Source: Podarcis filfolensis
Taxonomy: Eukaryota
Reading direction: 5' to 3' (one strand)
Length of the DNA: 64,000 bases
Assembly (NCBI GenBank): GCA_964270895.1
Contig: OZ185439.1
Part shown: piece after piece, positions 50,171-63,060 of the stretch
Position numbering within the stretch: the stretch's first letter is position 1
How the letters are laid out: every line of letters begins with the position of its first letter
The notes under the pieces: model-generated
Database searches by the model: none
What the model saw: the letters and a program-made list of their open reading frames with translations, nothing else
What the model was told of the DNA's origin: nothing
Position numbers and translations under genes: made by a program

Positions 50171-52504
50171 AGGCATTTCTCATTAGGACTTGACACAACC
50201 TCGGGAGTTCACTGTCCCTCTTAATGAATGGCGAAACCCGGAGGATCAGTGGCAGAGGAACTATACAAAACGCAGAATCCTCCTCAGATGAACTACAAAC
50301 AGGCTGGAAAATATTGTCAGAGTGCTGGACATCACCTCTCCCCGACCCCCCCCCCCCAACGCTCTGGTTTTCATCAGCACTACAGGCCTGGATGCAGCGC
50401 TGAAATCCCAGCAAATCTCACGCTGTTCATGGAAACAAGAAATAATCCCCGTGCTCTTGGGCTGAGACAAAGTAGCGATGCTTCAGAGAGCCTCCAACTA
50501 ATGTTTTGCTTGCTGGTCAGATCAAAAGCTTCATTAACCCCTTGCACATTTCCCGTACAGAAGCCGAAAGCACAATGCCTGCAGGGGCCACGCTGGGCTG
50601 ATCAGAGTAATTGAGGAGGCAAAGATAAATGGGCAGGTCCTTCCTCTCTAGGGTCCTTATCTACCTCTCTCACACATTCCCCTTTTGGGAATACAGTACA
50701 AAGAACATCATAACCTGACCCACCAGTCCCTGAAAGGGCTTACAACAGTTTTGCTACATGTTATATTAACTGGGGGGGGGGTGTTTGAGTCTCCTCTCAA
50801 ATCTCAGTGTGATAAATGCTCCACGCTCAAAGGATTCCTGGACTCAAGCTATTAATCCCCTAGGTTCTTGCCTCTTACATAAGGTGACCAGTCCATCTTC
50901 TTCCTGAGAAATTTCATGCCTCACCCCTGAGCTTTCCTTGAGGGGTGGAGGGCGTTGTTGCCAGGTCTCTGTCACCTATCTACACAACTCACTAACCAGA
51001 ACCCATCTCTCATTCACAGCGTCTCTTGCTTGACAACATAGTGCCTCCATGCTGTCTGCTCAGAGGCTTCCGATACATAATTGTACCACATACACAGGCT
51101 AAAGTGAGGATCAAGGTTTTATGAAAGAGTTTCTGAGGAATCAAAGGTCAGAACCTTTTCTCCTTTGGCCACGTTTACTGCTTGCTCATCTAAACTAGTG
51201 GCAGGCAATTAAATTTCTTCAGGGCCCCAGAAGGCATGACAGCAGCAGAAAGTAAAAAATTATTCCATTTTTTTAAAAAATAAAAAAATACTTGGTTTAG
51301 GTTTGGGGTTAACACTGACTAAAGGAGGGAGCATTTACTAAATCTGAAGGGTGCTCTGGGCCAAGTGCTGTTTAAAAATAAGTAAACATAAGAAGTGAGA
51401 GTAGGGGCCCGGAAGCTGCCCATAAACCAGCGCTGGATTACCCAATAGGGCACGAGAAACAGCAAGGTGCTTAAAATAAATAACATAAACTGACATCTGA
51501 TTTCAAAAAAGCAACTAAGTAGTCATCTAGAAAATCTAGAAATAGGTTATTTAACTTATTTTTGCATCATTTCAAAAAATGACATTTTATTTTACGGTTT
51601 AGAAAGTCATATAATCAGATTGGGAAGGGACCACAAGGGTCATCCAGTCCAACCCCTTGCAATATTAGTTTTGGTTTTGTTATTATAATTCATATTGTGC
51701 AGCTAAAACCACATGCATGTTTGTCTAGCTAAGATGGGATGAAGAGGGGAAAAGTGCTAATCTTCAATTATAACTTGAGTTAATATTCAGCACTTTCTTG
51801 TTCACTTAGGTACCGGCCACCTTCAGCAGGCCAGAATGGCTTTCTCTCGTCAGGACCTCATAGCCAGGACTCTGAGAGATGGCTAGACTTGCACAAGCTG
51901 AGATCCTGGGGACTAACAATCACAGATGCAGTCAGGGAACCTGAACAGTAGGGCTTGTGCTGACACTTTAGGTCAAAAGTTAGAAAAATCGGGTTTTGAC
52001 AACAACTTTCCCATCCTCAAAGTGGGCAAAGTCAGACCAGCCTTTAAATTAAAAAACAAACAAACAAACAAACCCTTCCAATTTTTAATGTATTCATCAT
52101 TACTCAGCCTGATTGGGGCCAATACATGTATCACTCCACTAGCGTTGTTGCTGCTGCTGTTGTTGTTAAATCCTTATTCTGAATGGGTAACTTGAATTTG
52201 GGGGAAGGTTCTGTTTTAGTTGAGGTCCAACAAAGGCTGCAAAAAAATGATCCAGGTGTGCTCTACAGTAGTTCTGGGGGAAATAAGGTTCACCTTCCTT
52301 TCAGTCCAGGTTCAGGATCAGATTCAGTTTGATTCCTCATCACCAGTAGAATTGGAAGCCTGATCACACACAAACACGTCATCGTATTCTTTATATTATG
52401 ACTCAGTTGGTGATCCAGGCTCCAAAATATCTAGTCTTCCATCTCAATCTACATAACCCACCACTTGAGTTGAAGTACATTCAGACCCTGCACCTTTTTA
52501 TTTA

Positions 52505-52645
52505 ACTAGGTGCGTCCCCCAAATTGGTGCTTTCCAGATGTTTTGGACTAGAAATCCCATCTGCCCCAGTCAGCATGGCCTATGGTTAGTGGTGATGGAA
52601 GTTGTAGTCAAAAAAGTCTGGATGATACTAAGTTGGGGAAGCCTG
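52505..52645. mobile_element. URR1-like hAT MITE, degenerate
   Basis: ccagatgttttggactagaaatccc...gaagttgtagtc...gttggggaagcctg. Confidence 0.6.
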
Positions 52646-55569
52646 AACTAAAACTACATTAGGTTAGAACACACACCCCTCTCAAATTTCAGATTTCTCC
52701 AAGTGAAGTTGCATGCTGTGTTCAAAAAATAATTAACAACATGTTGTTTGCTTGGTAAATAAGCTTTGGGAAGATGCACATCTTTGGTGTTTACCACTGA
52801 AGCTATTCTCCCACCTCTCCCATCAATCCCTTGACCTGACTCCAATCTTGCAGCTGTTAATAATAATCTTCTAATAGCAATTAACTGGTACTTTGCACAC
52901 AGAACTTCAATTAGACTTAGATAAACACTTCAGCGACGAAAAGTGTCTGTTTTAGATCCATCAACCATGCCTTAAAAAAACCAAAAACCTCACAATACCT
53001 CCAGGCCTGGCACCAACAGCCCTGGCAGTGACCCACTACCAACTAGATAGAACTTCCAAATTTGCTGTAGTAAGAAAGAGAAACAACAGAAGCTCAAGCT
53101 GTTCATTTCCCTCTCCATTTGAAGATGTCCTCTATTGGAAGCAAGGGTGGCAACTTGAATAAAATATTGGGGCCCCAGGAAAGCCCCATCCCATGTGGTA
53201 TTTTATTGGGGGGAGTTAGCTTTTATGTTTTGAAGGAGTGTCTGGTACACGTCTGGCTTGAAGATTAAGACCTACTGTATAAGAAGTGAAAGCAGGGCCC
53301 CCAAAGTCACTCAGTTAGCTGTCAGGCCACTTGGTCATGATCTTTCACGTTACAGTGAGATGTACACTTGCATGTTTACATATAAATTTGCACATGCAGA
53401 TTTTATGCAAATTCATAAAACCTTTGTCTTCTTTTCTTCACAATGCATAAGTGGCCAACTTACCTAGAGAATTAATGGCTGGGTGAAATGTGACCTGGTG
53501 GTTTTGCTCCCGGCAACCCACCTTTTCCAACTCCCTGCCTTATCAATACATTAGAATTACTCCTGCACGTCCTAATGGAATAGCTGTCCAGCCTTGCCAT
53601 GCAGTGAGACAGGAAGTAGAAAAGATGTTCCATTTGTTCAAGATATTCTACACACATATTTCTGCCCAAGAGGGCAGAAATGATTCTATAAATCCTGGAA
53701 TTGTAGCTTGAACGCTGCTCCACCTGTGACCCTCAAATCTACTGCAGACTCTTCCATCACTAGTAATTGGCTATAAATGAGAAAGTGCGAAGCCTGTTTC
53801 AGTTCAAGTTGTAAACAAGCTGGTATGATGGAGAAAGCATATCATATGAGCAGAATGCTTCCGCCTCCCCATTCCTGCCATACCAATGCCACAAATTTCT
53901 TTGCACAGCATTGCAAGCACTGGCCTTCTCTAAGCAACATCCCCAAAGGTCCAAAACTGACCTTTAGCACATCCCATGAAGAAGACTGCCATCTTGTATC
54001 CCATACACCACACAAGATAACTTGAAAAACAATGTGATGGGACTTATTCCCTGTGTTTGCCCTGAGGTTCCAGCTCCCTGTTTATTCTCTCCCAACCAAT
54101 AGTGGGGCAAAATGTGAAAAGCTAAGCCGGGGCAAGGTCACTATGGAAGAAAGGAGGTTACCCTACATATTCATAGGTGCCAGTGTTCAAGGCAAGGGCT
54201 GTATCCAAGTAGTGTACCCTGGGCTAAGATTATCACCAAAAGTGAACTCAGCAGAATTATGATATTCAGGCTCCAGCTATAGTCTATTATTAGGTTATCT
54301 GGCATGCAAGGAGGCAGCTGCGCAGTGAGACAACCAACTCAGAAAGCACAGCTGAATGCACAAATAGCGAGAGCCCTTTTCAGACCATTGATCTTGCAGG
54401 CCCAGCCACGCTGGTGTCTGACTCAGATGCACATGGGGAGAGTGAAGGAGGAAGGAGCTGTAATTGCTCCTTTTGCAAATTTTACTTGTGCTCTGTAAGT
54501 AAGAGAGACCTTCAGAGACTTGTTAAACCCGCTCATGGAGCCTGCAGTAGCCACTGAAATGAATACAAATGGGTGGAGCAGAGGGGTTTGTAATGTTAAG
54601 AGACTCTTGCATGTCACAGTTAACCTTTGGCTGCCAGCTTGCGGATATATCATGGCTAATGAGATAGAGCTATAATAAGGAAATGTTAGAAACAAATAGT
54701 AGGCAAAATGTCTCAGGCCGAAAGCCAAGGGAGTGAGGAGGAGTTGTCCTTGGTGCACATTATCTCATCTTAAAGAATATTTACTAGAAATTTCTCAGAA
54801 ACTTTTCCTTTTCCTGAGAAAATTTCTGAGATTTTTCTTTTTCTCTCACCCCCCTCCCTAGGAAAAGAAGAGCAAAATGCAGAAACTACTCTCAACAATT
54901 TCCACAGTTTTTTGTGTGTGGTGAAGCTTCCAACTTCCCTCTATAATTCCCCAGAAAGACACTAGTTCAGGGACATCATGGAGGTTGTAGATTGGAAGCC
55001 AGAATGTTAATAACAGCAATAGCAGCGGGGGGGGGGGGGAGTCTGGTGAAATAAAGCTGTCTGGCTCCTGCCACTAATAATGCTCCACTACACCCCTAAG
55101 AACCTGTTCTTCCTCCCTGCCAAAATTGGGTGAAATGCATTCCCAGCACCCACTTCTCTGGCCACAAATAAGAAGAGAAAAAAACTGGGGCCATTTGCAC
55201 ACAGCTCTAATATTTACCACACCAGCGTACTTAAGAGATTCCAGGCTTTCGTTAATTTTTGCTTCTGGCATTCCTTAAGTGAAGCTCAGTACATCATGAC
55301 CACTTTGGATGTTGCATTTTTGCAATGCAACTAGTGAAGTGGCATCTTTATAACAGCTAAAGGTCAGATGTGACAGTGAGATGTGTCCTGAGACCTTGAG
55401 AGATGGTGCTATTATGTCTAAGGCTCAGAGCTGCTTCACATGTTCTCAGGAGCTGTCCAGTCAGGAGGTGGGATGAGATAACTATCTCAAGTGACAGATG
55501 CAGAAGAATGGTAAATTGGTGTTCTCCTGCCTGCCTGCCCTCTGCTTGCTTCATTACTGACCTTGTTAT

Positions 55570-56140
55570 TGGCCACCGGCTGCCAACTGAGCCAGTGAGG
55601 TGAAGGTCTCTTCCGGTCTCTCCACCACCTCCCCCCCCTCAGAGTTTCACTCTGAGGAAGGGCCAATGGGGTGCCGCTGCTGAAGGATACCATAGTCAAT
55701 GGTATCAAAAGCCACTGAGAGATTGAGGAGAATTAACAGGGACACATTTCTCCTAACTCTCTCCCGACAGATGTCAAAATCCAGGGCAACCAAAGCGGTT
55801 TCTGTGCCAAAACTAGGCCTAAACCCCACTTAAATGGATCTAGAAAATCATTTTCCTCCAATAGCAGCTGGATCCAGTCCACAACCACACACTCAAGAAC
55901 CTTACCCAAGAGGAGCAGATTGGCAACTGGCCGGTATGTAATTACTTAAATTTTCCAGGTCTGGGGAGGGCTTTACCAACCCCCCTTCAAGCATGCAGGG
56001 ACCACCCACTCTCATGGGGAGGTATTAATCACCTCCCTGGACACAACAGGACTAGACAGTGCTCTGGACACCCCTTGAGAGTCCCCTGCTGTAGCAGCGG
56101 AGTCAAGATCCCAGTGGATGCATGCGATTTTAGCATGGCC
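55570..56140 (-). mobile_element. L2-clade LINE RT N-terminal fragment
   Basis: GFRPSFGTETALVAL...SLLILLNLSVAFDTIDYGIL (ORF 55647-55829) matches L2 RT motifs 1-2. Confidence 0.85.
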
Positions 56141-57521
56141 ATGGAAAACTCTGATTGGGTGGCATTTCTCATCAATGATACATGGAAGCTTGGGGGACAA
56201 CTTGGGGCAGGGCCAGTCCTCAGAGATGCCCCCCCCCTATGATTTCCATTGTGAACCCAGAGTGCGGGTGAGGAATCTGCATATCATTAAAAATTATTCA
56301 TATGCACACACTTAAGAAATTCCACTTTACCCTCTATTTAGCACGTATCAGCGGTGGAATACTGGGGCAACATGAAGCTGTAAAGAAATGCCGAAACTTT
56401 GGTATTTTTATCACAATTTAATCCCCAATTGATAGAACTGCACTGAGTGCGTTATATTAATAATACAGTATGTGCTCTCACCGATAAGACAAGAAAATCA
56501 ATTGTAATTCCTTTGGCTGTTTTCTCATATATTCTCAACTAGTTAACAGCCAATCTTTTTTTTTCTTTTCTTTTTTTGTACAAAGCAGCCAATGAATATT
56601 TCATGTCAGACCACAAGTGGTAACTGTATTTGCCAGCTAATGAGATGCTCTACGCATGGTCTGGGGCAGAATGGGGGCAAGGCCTGTTTCAGCTTACGTG
56701 GCCAGCAGGCTGCAAGGCGAAGGTGACAAATTTAAATTGTGAGATTAATGGATAATGTGGAACGGCAATCATTGCAACACATCCAGAGACCTTTATAAAT
56801 TGACAGCTACCTTCATCTCATCCTAACAAGCTGCAACACATGAAGTTCTCAAACCATGGGACCAAACACCAGTTTCATCAGCAAATGGAAATACAGGCAG
56901 GACTGTGAGACCAGCAGTAGATCTTGTGTGTGGAGGGGAAAGAACCAGACAACTCAAATCCAATTGTTAGGTTTAATTCGTTTGATCAAGAAGTTTAAAG
57001 GCAAAGCACTCTTTTGAACTAGAACCAATTAGCTACTATTGAAGTAGTGTGAGGGAGTTCTATGGCTGTTCAGCTGTTTGAGGGAAGATGGGTGGAATAG
57101 TCCTGGCAGGGCAAATATAGCAGTCCTTTCCTTGCTGCCAGCATCTATTCAGAAGGAGAGGAATTGGGAATGGGAAGGATGCGTGGCAAAGGGATCCCAG
57201 GTCCTATGGAACGCTTCTTACATAAAGCTGTATATGCAAAGGCTCCACCACTACAGATTCTCACATTCATTGTGCAGATGCCAGAGGGTGAGTGCAGCCT
57301 TGCTCCCAGATCCAATATAAAGCAATCCAGGAGTATTAATGCTGTATACTAATATCATCTATCTACTAATATCAATTCGAGACTTCAAGTGCTTGCACAC
57401 CAAAGCCACACACCATACACACATACTCAAATCACCAGCTTTCCATCCTCACACTATGAGTGACTATCCTAATTAAGTTCTTGCAGCTACATCTATTCTG
57501 GACAACTGGAGAATCAGGCAA

Positions 57522-57934
57522 TGTTCTGTTGTGAGCACTGACCTTAGCCGAGATAAGGCTGGAGACGTCATGAAAGCGGAGCTCAGGTGTTGTTTCAACA
57601 GCAGGCATCCTCAGACTGAGTCTTAGGCTTACATAGCAGCTTAGTGGCTCTTCATTTAATAAGCTCTATCTGCTTTAGCATTTGTTGACTTTGATGGAAC
57701 AGAGTAGACTGTGGTTGACCTAGGGCTTCTGAGCTGAAATCCTCTGAACCTGAGGAAGGCTACACGATGTCTTCAGACTGGAGTGCTGGCATCACAGGTT
57801 CTTCCTTTGGAAGTGCTTCCAGTTGGTTAAGTGCTTCTGGAGCTGGCCCTGAGGGCAATTCACTTTCCTACTCTGAATTCTGAATTCTTGTCCTCATCCC
57901 CTGAAGAAGTGAAGTTTGACCCCAGGTCATGACA
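57522..57934 (-). mobile_element. Probable solo LTR (413 bp)
   Basis: TG...CA termini (minus strand starts tgtcatgacc, ends cagaaca); 5-bp TSD ggcaa/ggcag. Confidence 0.6.
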
Positions 57935-58509
57935 GGCAGCTACAAACTCCTCCTCTTTATCCCACCAGAGACTTGTGGACTCTAGCAAGCTACCTACACA
58001 AATATTAAGTAGATCTGATGCTCCCTTTTGGGAAATTCTAGTTTATGCATTATAATTGACATCTAAGGGCAAAGATTTTATTAGATGTGTGGAGGCCTTT
58101 TACAATTCTTGATGACAGGAAGGTAATGAAACTTGGAGCACTTGCAGCAGCACAGCTGGAAGCCTTCATCTGCCCCAGCTGCAACAAAACATGTCTCTCC
58201 CATATCGGTCTCTACAGCCACAGCAGGTGCTATAACTTTCCAACACCTTGACTTCACCCCAAAGGTGCACTCCTCCATTGTCTTCCAAGACAGATGGATG
58301 CCAGCAAAAACAGGATGTCACACCTTCCTTTACTTTGGGCTTACTGACCCAGTTGCAGGATATATGAAATGGAATAAAGTGATCATCCAGATTTCACATC
58401 CACCCACCTACACAAATATGAAGGTCTGGAAACTGAGAGAACCATGAACCCTCACCCTCAACCACTCTCCTATTCTGATTATAATTTCTGGTGTGACATG
58501 TTCCATTTT

Positions 58510-58680
58510 AAACATTATTTATACTTTCTTACATTTACACCCCATTTTTGTCCCATCCTGGAATCCAAGGCAGCATCCATGTAGTTCCCTGGCAGTTCCC
58601 CACCCAGGCAATGGCCAGAACCAGATGTCCTTAGCTTCAGCCAGATGGTGGCCTCACGTTCCTTCAGACCATACCCTTGA
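58510..58680 (-). mobile_element. 5S rRNA-derived SINE (SINE3-like)
   Basis: Minus gaagctaagg...ctgggtggggaactgccagggaactacatggatgctg aligns with 5S GAAGCTAAGCAGGG...TGGATGGGAGACCGCCTGGGAATACCGGGTGCTG; then an L2-like tail. Confidence 0.65.
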
Positions 58681-59559
58681 ACCTACTGGAACATTAGCTG
58701 TTTATGGGGACCTATTGCACATGCAATATAAAAGTAATTGATATCCTAATGTTATTCTGGGATTCATAATGCCTCTAGGAAATCAAGATTGAAGGTACAA
58801 CCACCTTCAGAAGTAAGTAAAAAACCCTTAGCAATTTAAGATGCTCAGTTAGTACAAGCTCACCTGAACCTGGGAGGTCACAAAGCACCCATCAATGTAG
58901 ACCAGTAAAGTAGTTATACGCAGTGGTAGCCATTTCAAAAGTCTTTATTACAGCGATAAAAAAATGAACAAACCAGCAAACCATAACATTGCCTTTGAGG
59001 TCTGAATTTGATAACTTCCACAGAGGCTTGTGATGCTCGTAGTCAGTCATGCTACAAATCTGCCTTCCCAGGACCAAAAGAAAACTCATACTTCCCAAAA
59101 TGATATATATACACACAACATAGCACGAGAATGACATTGTCTTCTGTGGTTATTCTGATTGTATTTAAAATCCCAGTTTGTGTGCTGGTTACTGTTAGCA
59201 AAACCCATCTGAAATGCGGATTGGAAAAGAAGGGCATGGAGTTGATAATACTGTAAAGAGGAAATGATAGTTTAGAACAGGGACAGCCAAAATGGTAACC
59301 TTCAGGTGTGCCCCAGACAACATGACGAGTGTTCAGGTATGATGGGAGGTGTAGTCCACCAATCTCTGGAGGGCATCATATTGGCTACTGGTGTTTTGAA
59401 ATTATGGTTAAGATCACTTGTTCACCCAGTTCTAAATTCTATTCACTTCCAGCACATGCTAGAGAGGGGTTCTGCTCCCATTATAGAACTCCTTAAAATA
59501 ATTCTGCAACTAGTCAGGAAACTAAGGGTTTCTTACACAATCATAAAGGCAAGGAGCTA

Positions 59560-60780
59560 TGTCCAACGGATTGCCTGACGGTGTGCCAATGACTACTGGC
59601 TAAAGCACTGTCAGAGCATTCAACTTGCAGCTGATGGTGACAAGACTTGAAAAATGTATAAAGGCATGAAGAAAGCTTTTGGACCAACAATCAGAAAAAC
59701 TGCACCGCTGAAAACCTTGTCTGGAGAGCATCAGAGATCGCAGCAAGTAGATGAAGTGATGGGCAGATCACTAGCAAGAATGATACTCATGGGAAAAGTT
59801 GGTCTTCAACACAGCAATTGACAGCATCCGGACTCTGCCTACCATCAACCCTCAGGCATGTGGGGAAGCCACAGGGCAGGACAGAATCCCAACAGAAGTG
59901 CTGACAGCTGACCTCATGACACACCTCCGCAGCCTCCTCTTGCAGTGCTGTGAAACAAGATCTGTGCCACAAGATATGTGCACCTCCAGCATTGTAACCA
60001 TTAGGGACTGGCAGGGCGGTGATGAGTGTTTACCAGGGGAAGGGAGGCTGGAGTCTGACTCAGGAGACGGAGGCAGTGGTCTATGGGGACCTGTATCAGC
60101 CAGGATGCAAGAATCGGAAGCAGGGGAAGCTTGAGAGCTGGGGGAAGAGGCAGGCCAGGTAAGTGAAGGGCCGTGTTCTTCCCCACCCTCCCCTGCATCA
60201 CTGTCTTCCAGGGGAAAATTGAAATGGGATGAGCAGAAGCAGCTTCCACACAGGTGTGGTCTCTGGCTATATGTGCACAGCCCATGAAGGGAAGGTAGAT
60301 GGGGAGGGGTCTCCAGTTGCTGCAATTGCTCCCTAGAGCAGTTTCCCTATTCCCTGCCTCCAAATTCCCTATTCCCTGGAAATAGCTGCCTAGATGCTAG
60401 ATTGCTGTGCATAGGCCTCCAGAGCTGTAGAAGCGACTGCAATAGTTGACAATAAAGAGTTAACTCTCTACCGTGTGCCCTTAACAGTGACCCTCTACAA
60501 GAACAAAAGTGACCACCATGACTGTAACAAGCACCATGGAATCTCTCTGCTGAGTACTGTGAGGAAAGCCTTCACCCATGTAGTTCTCAACAGATTACAG
60601 TCACTGGCTAACAGGGTCTATCCTGACTCAAAATGCAGCTTTAGAGCTCAGAGGTCAACATTCGACATGATTTTCTCACTGCACCAACAGCAGGAGAAGT
60701 GCCAAGAGCAGAGACGCCCCTTGTATATCACCTTTATAGACCTGACAAAGGCCTTTGACCTCATCAACCGAAAAGGCAAG
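59560..60780 (+). mobile_element. RTE-clade LINE (not BovB) ORF2 fragment, interrupted at 59999-60486
   Basis: MKKAFGPTIRKTAPLKTLSGE, CGEATGQDRIPTEVL, VPQDMCTSSIVT | LYKNKSDHHDCNKHHGISLLSTVRKAF...FIDLTKAFDLINR. Confidence 0.9.
59999..60486 (+). mobile_element. Probable solo LTR (488 bp) inside the RTE
   Basis: 5-bp TSD gtaac/gtgac; ends (ca)ttaggg...cccttaaca; AATAAA ~30 bp from the 3' end. Confidence 0.55.
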
Positions 60781-61147
60781 GATGAGGCACTTGTAGCCTC
60801 CAGGTGTTTTGGATCACAGTTCCTGTCAGCCCCACCCATTACGGGCAATGGTCAGAGATGACAGAAGTTATAGTTGAGCAACATCTGGAGAGCCAAAGTT
60901 TCATCGTCCTTGTTCTATGGGATCACCAACATGGAAAACCAAAACATATAGGCTGGATTAAAAAAACATTAAAAAAACGTTTCAGGAAATTGCATTGTAA
61001 AGCTCACAATGGGAAACCATGTTGCTGGAGGATCAAACTCTACAGCATCATCTGTTTTCACAGTGTTGTAGCACATTTAAAACACTTTTTAAAAACCAAT
61101 GTAGCTGAGTCCATAAAGTCATAAACCTTAGCGAAGATTAAATCTGG

Positions 61148-61277
61148 CACATGAGTAAATCATCTCAGGGTTGAGAATTCAAGCCCCACCTTGGGCAAAA
61201 GATTCCTGCATTGCAGGGGTTGGACTAGATGGCACTCGGGGGTCCCTTCCAACTCTACAGTTCTATGAGTCTATGAT
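61148..61277 (+). mobile_element. tRNA-Lys-derived SINE with CR1-type tail
   Basis: catctcagggttgagaattcaagccccaccttgggcaaaagattcctgcattgcaggggttggactagatg...cccttccaactctacagttctatga. Confidence 0.85.
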
Positions 61278-62504
61278 CATTTCATCTGGGTGCTCATTCA
61301 TTTTTTTCATTCAGTTCACATAAGCACCCCTCGTGCTTTTAAGGCTGTGCCCTGCACTGTCTTAAACCAAGACAGTGGGTGGTGATGTAAGCAAACATGT
61401 TGTAAAGTTAGATGATGGGCTGTTTTATTTGGAAGGCAATAAAGATGTTGCTGCTGAACACCAGTAAATCAGGCTCATTTCCCCCTTGTCATTACAAGCT
61501 CCATATCACAACAGTGCTTTATAATTAAAAATTTCCATTAGATCATAAAAAATGCAACTAAGCAATTAACAGTTTTTCATTATACTTATTGTTTAATTAG
61601 CAAGTTATGAAGATTGCTTGTTAAAAGCAAGAAACCTACCTTCACGCTTGGAGCAATGAACTCTTACGATTGCATGTGGTAATACAGATACTGCTTAATC
61701 TCTGCAGGTTCTCAGTATCCATCTCTTTAAAGGGCAGAAGAGGACGCAAGGGGTGACGCTTAATGTGATGCTCTTGGAAGGGTGATGCATTGATTAGAGA
61801 AAAGGACTGCTGGAAGCCTCTCGCCTTATACTTGAAGCTCAGTTCAGCTTGGAAGTTGGGAACTCTCCTACTAATCCTGCATACAGCACACCACTTACAA
61901 AGTCCTTCGCTCTCTTTCTAGCATTTGCTCTCCCACTAAACCAGTGAAACAAATCACTGTGGCTATGCAAACTGGAAGTAAGTCCCATTGGAGTCAGAGA
62001 GTCCTGGATTGCACCATGAGGACCTGGGTAGAGAAGCAATGCTTTGACCAAACCCGCACAAAGAGTCCACAGCAGAGGTGGGACTTGAATGCAGGTCTTC
62101 TAAACCTACTTCCAAGGCCTATCTGCTGGACTCTCTCAAATACATAGGTAGGTAGATAAGTAGCCAGTGTGGTGAAATGGTTAGAGTGTGTCAATGTTTG
62201 AAAGGGAGCAGGTTCTGACCTCCTTTGCCTGGTCCTCAGACCCTAGTTGGCACAAAGAGTCCTTAAGAAAGAGTACTTTGCAGAATGCTGCTTTTATTCT
62301 TAAAAGTCTTCTCCAACCACGACTGACAGCTTTTACAAACACCAAACGCAATCAGCTTTCTACCATCCAACCAACCCACACCCACCACACTAACATTGAC
62401 CACTCTATATATACAAGTACAATTTTGGTGAAAGGTTGCATGAGTCATTGTAGGCCGCTGACTCATGCTGACTTAGTTCTTTTAGCATTAAAGAAACAGC
62501 GGCC

Positions 62505-62985
62505 ATTTTTTAGCCGTGATAGAGTGTTGGACTAGGACATGGGTAGGCAAACTAAGGTCCGGGGGCCAGATCTGGCCCAATCACCTTCTAAATCCAGCCC
62601 ACAGATGGTCCAGCAATCAGTGTGTTTTTACATGAACAGAATGTGTCCTTGTATTTAAAATGCATCTCTGGGTTATTTGTGGGGCATAGGAATTCATTCA
62701 CCCCCCAAAAAAAATATAGTCTGCCCCCCCCACAAGGTCTAAGGGATGGTGGACCAGCCCCCTGCTGAAAAAAAATTGCTGACCCCTGGACTAGGACTTG
62801 GGAGACCAGGATTTAAATCCCCACAAAGCCATGAAGCTTAATAGGTGACCTTGGGCTGGTCACTGTCTCTCAGTCTAGCCTACCTCACAGGGTTGTTGTG
62901 AGGATAAGATGAGGAGGATCACAGGGATAACCTTGAACTCCTTGGTGGAAAAGGTAATACATAAATGTAACAAATAAATAAATTT
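62505..62985 (+). mobile_element. Older Squam3-like SINE split by a hAT MITE
   Basis: gatagagtgttggactaggac | ttgggagaccaggatttaaatccccac...gtgaccttgggc...cctcacagggttgttgtgagg...(TAAA)n. Confidence 0.75.
62538..62788. mobile_element. hAT MITE, 251 bp
   Basis: Perfect 8-bp TSD gactagga (62530-37, 62789-96); TIR catgggtaggcaa vs caggggtcagcaa. Confidence 0.88.
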
Positions 62986-63060
62986 GCAGGTGTATATGAT
63001 GGCATGGGTAGCTTTGATGTATCTGTCCAAGGTTCTGTGCAGAATTTCAGAAGTATAGTA

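Noticed and set aside
57899-57915. Second CTGAAGA hammerhead-like start
   Set aside because: No helix II followed by GAAA and no palindromic helix III; it lies inside the solo-LTR candidate.
58510-58680. 5S rRNA gene
   Set aside because: Only partial, divergent similarity, with a retroposon tail.
59852-60363. 157-aa and 120-aa minus-strand ORFs
   Set aside because: Antisense to the RTE fragment and its LTR-like insert.
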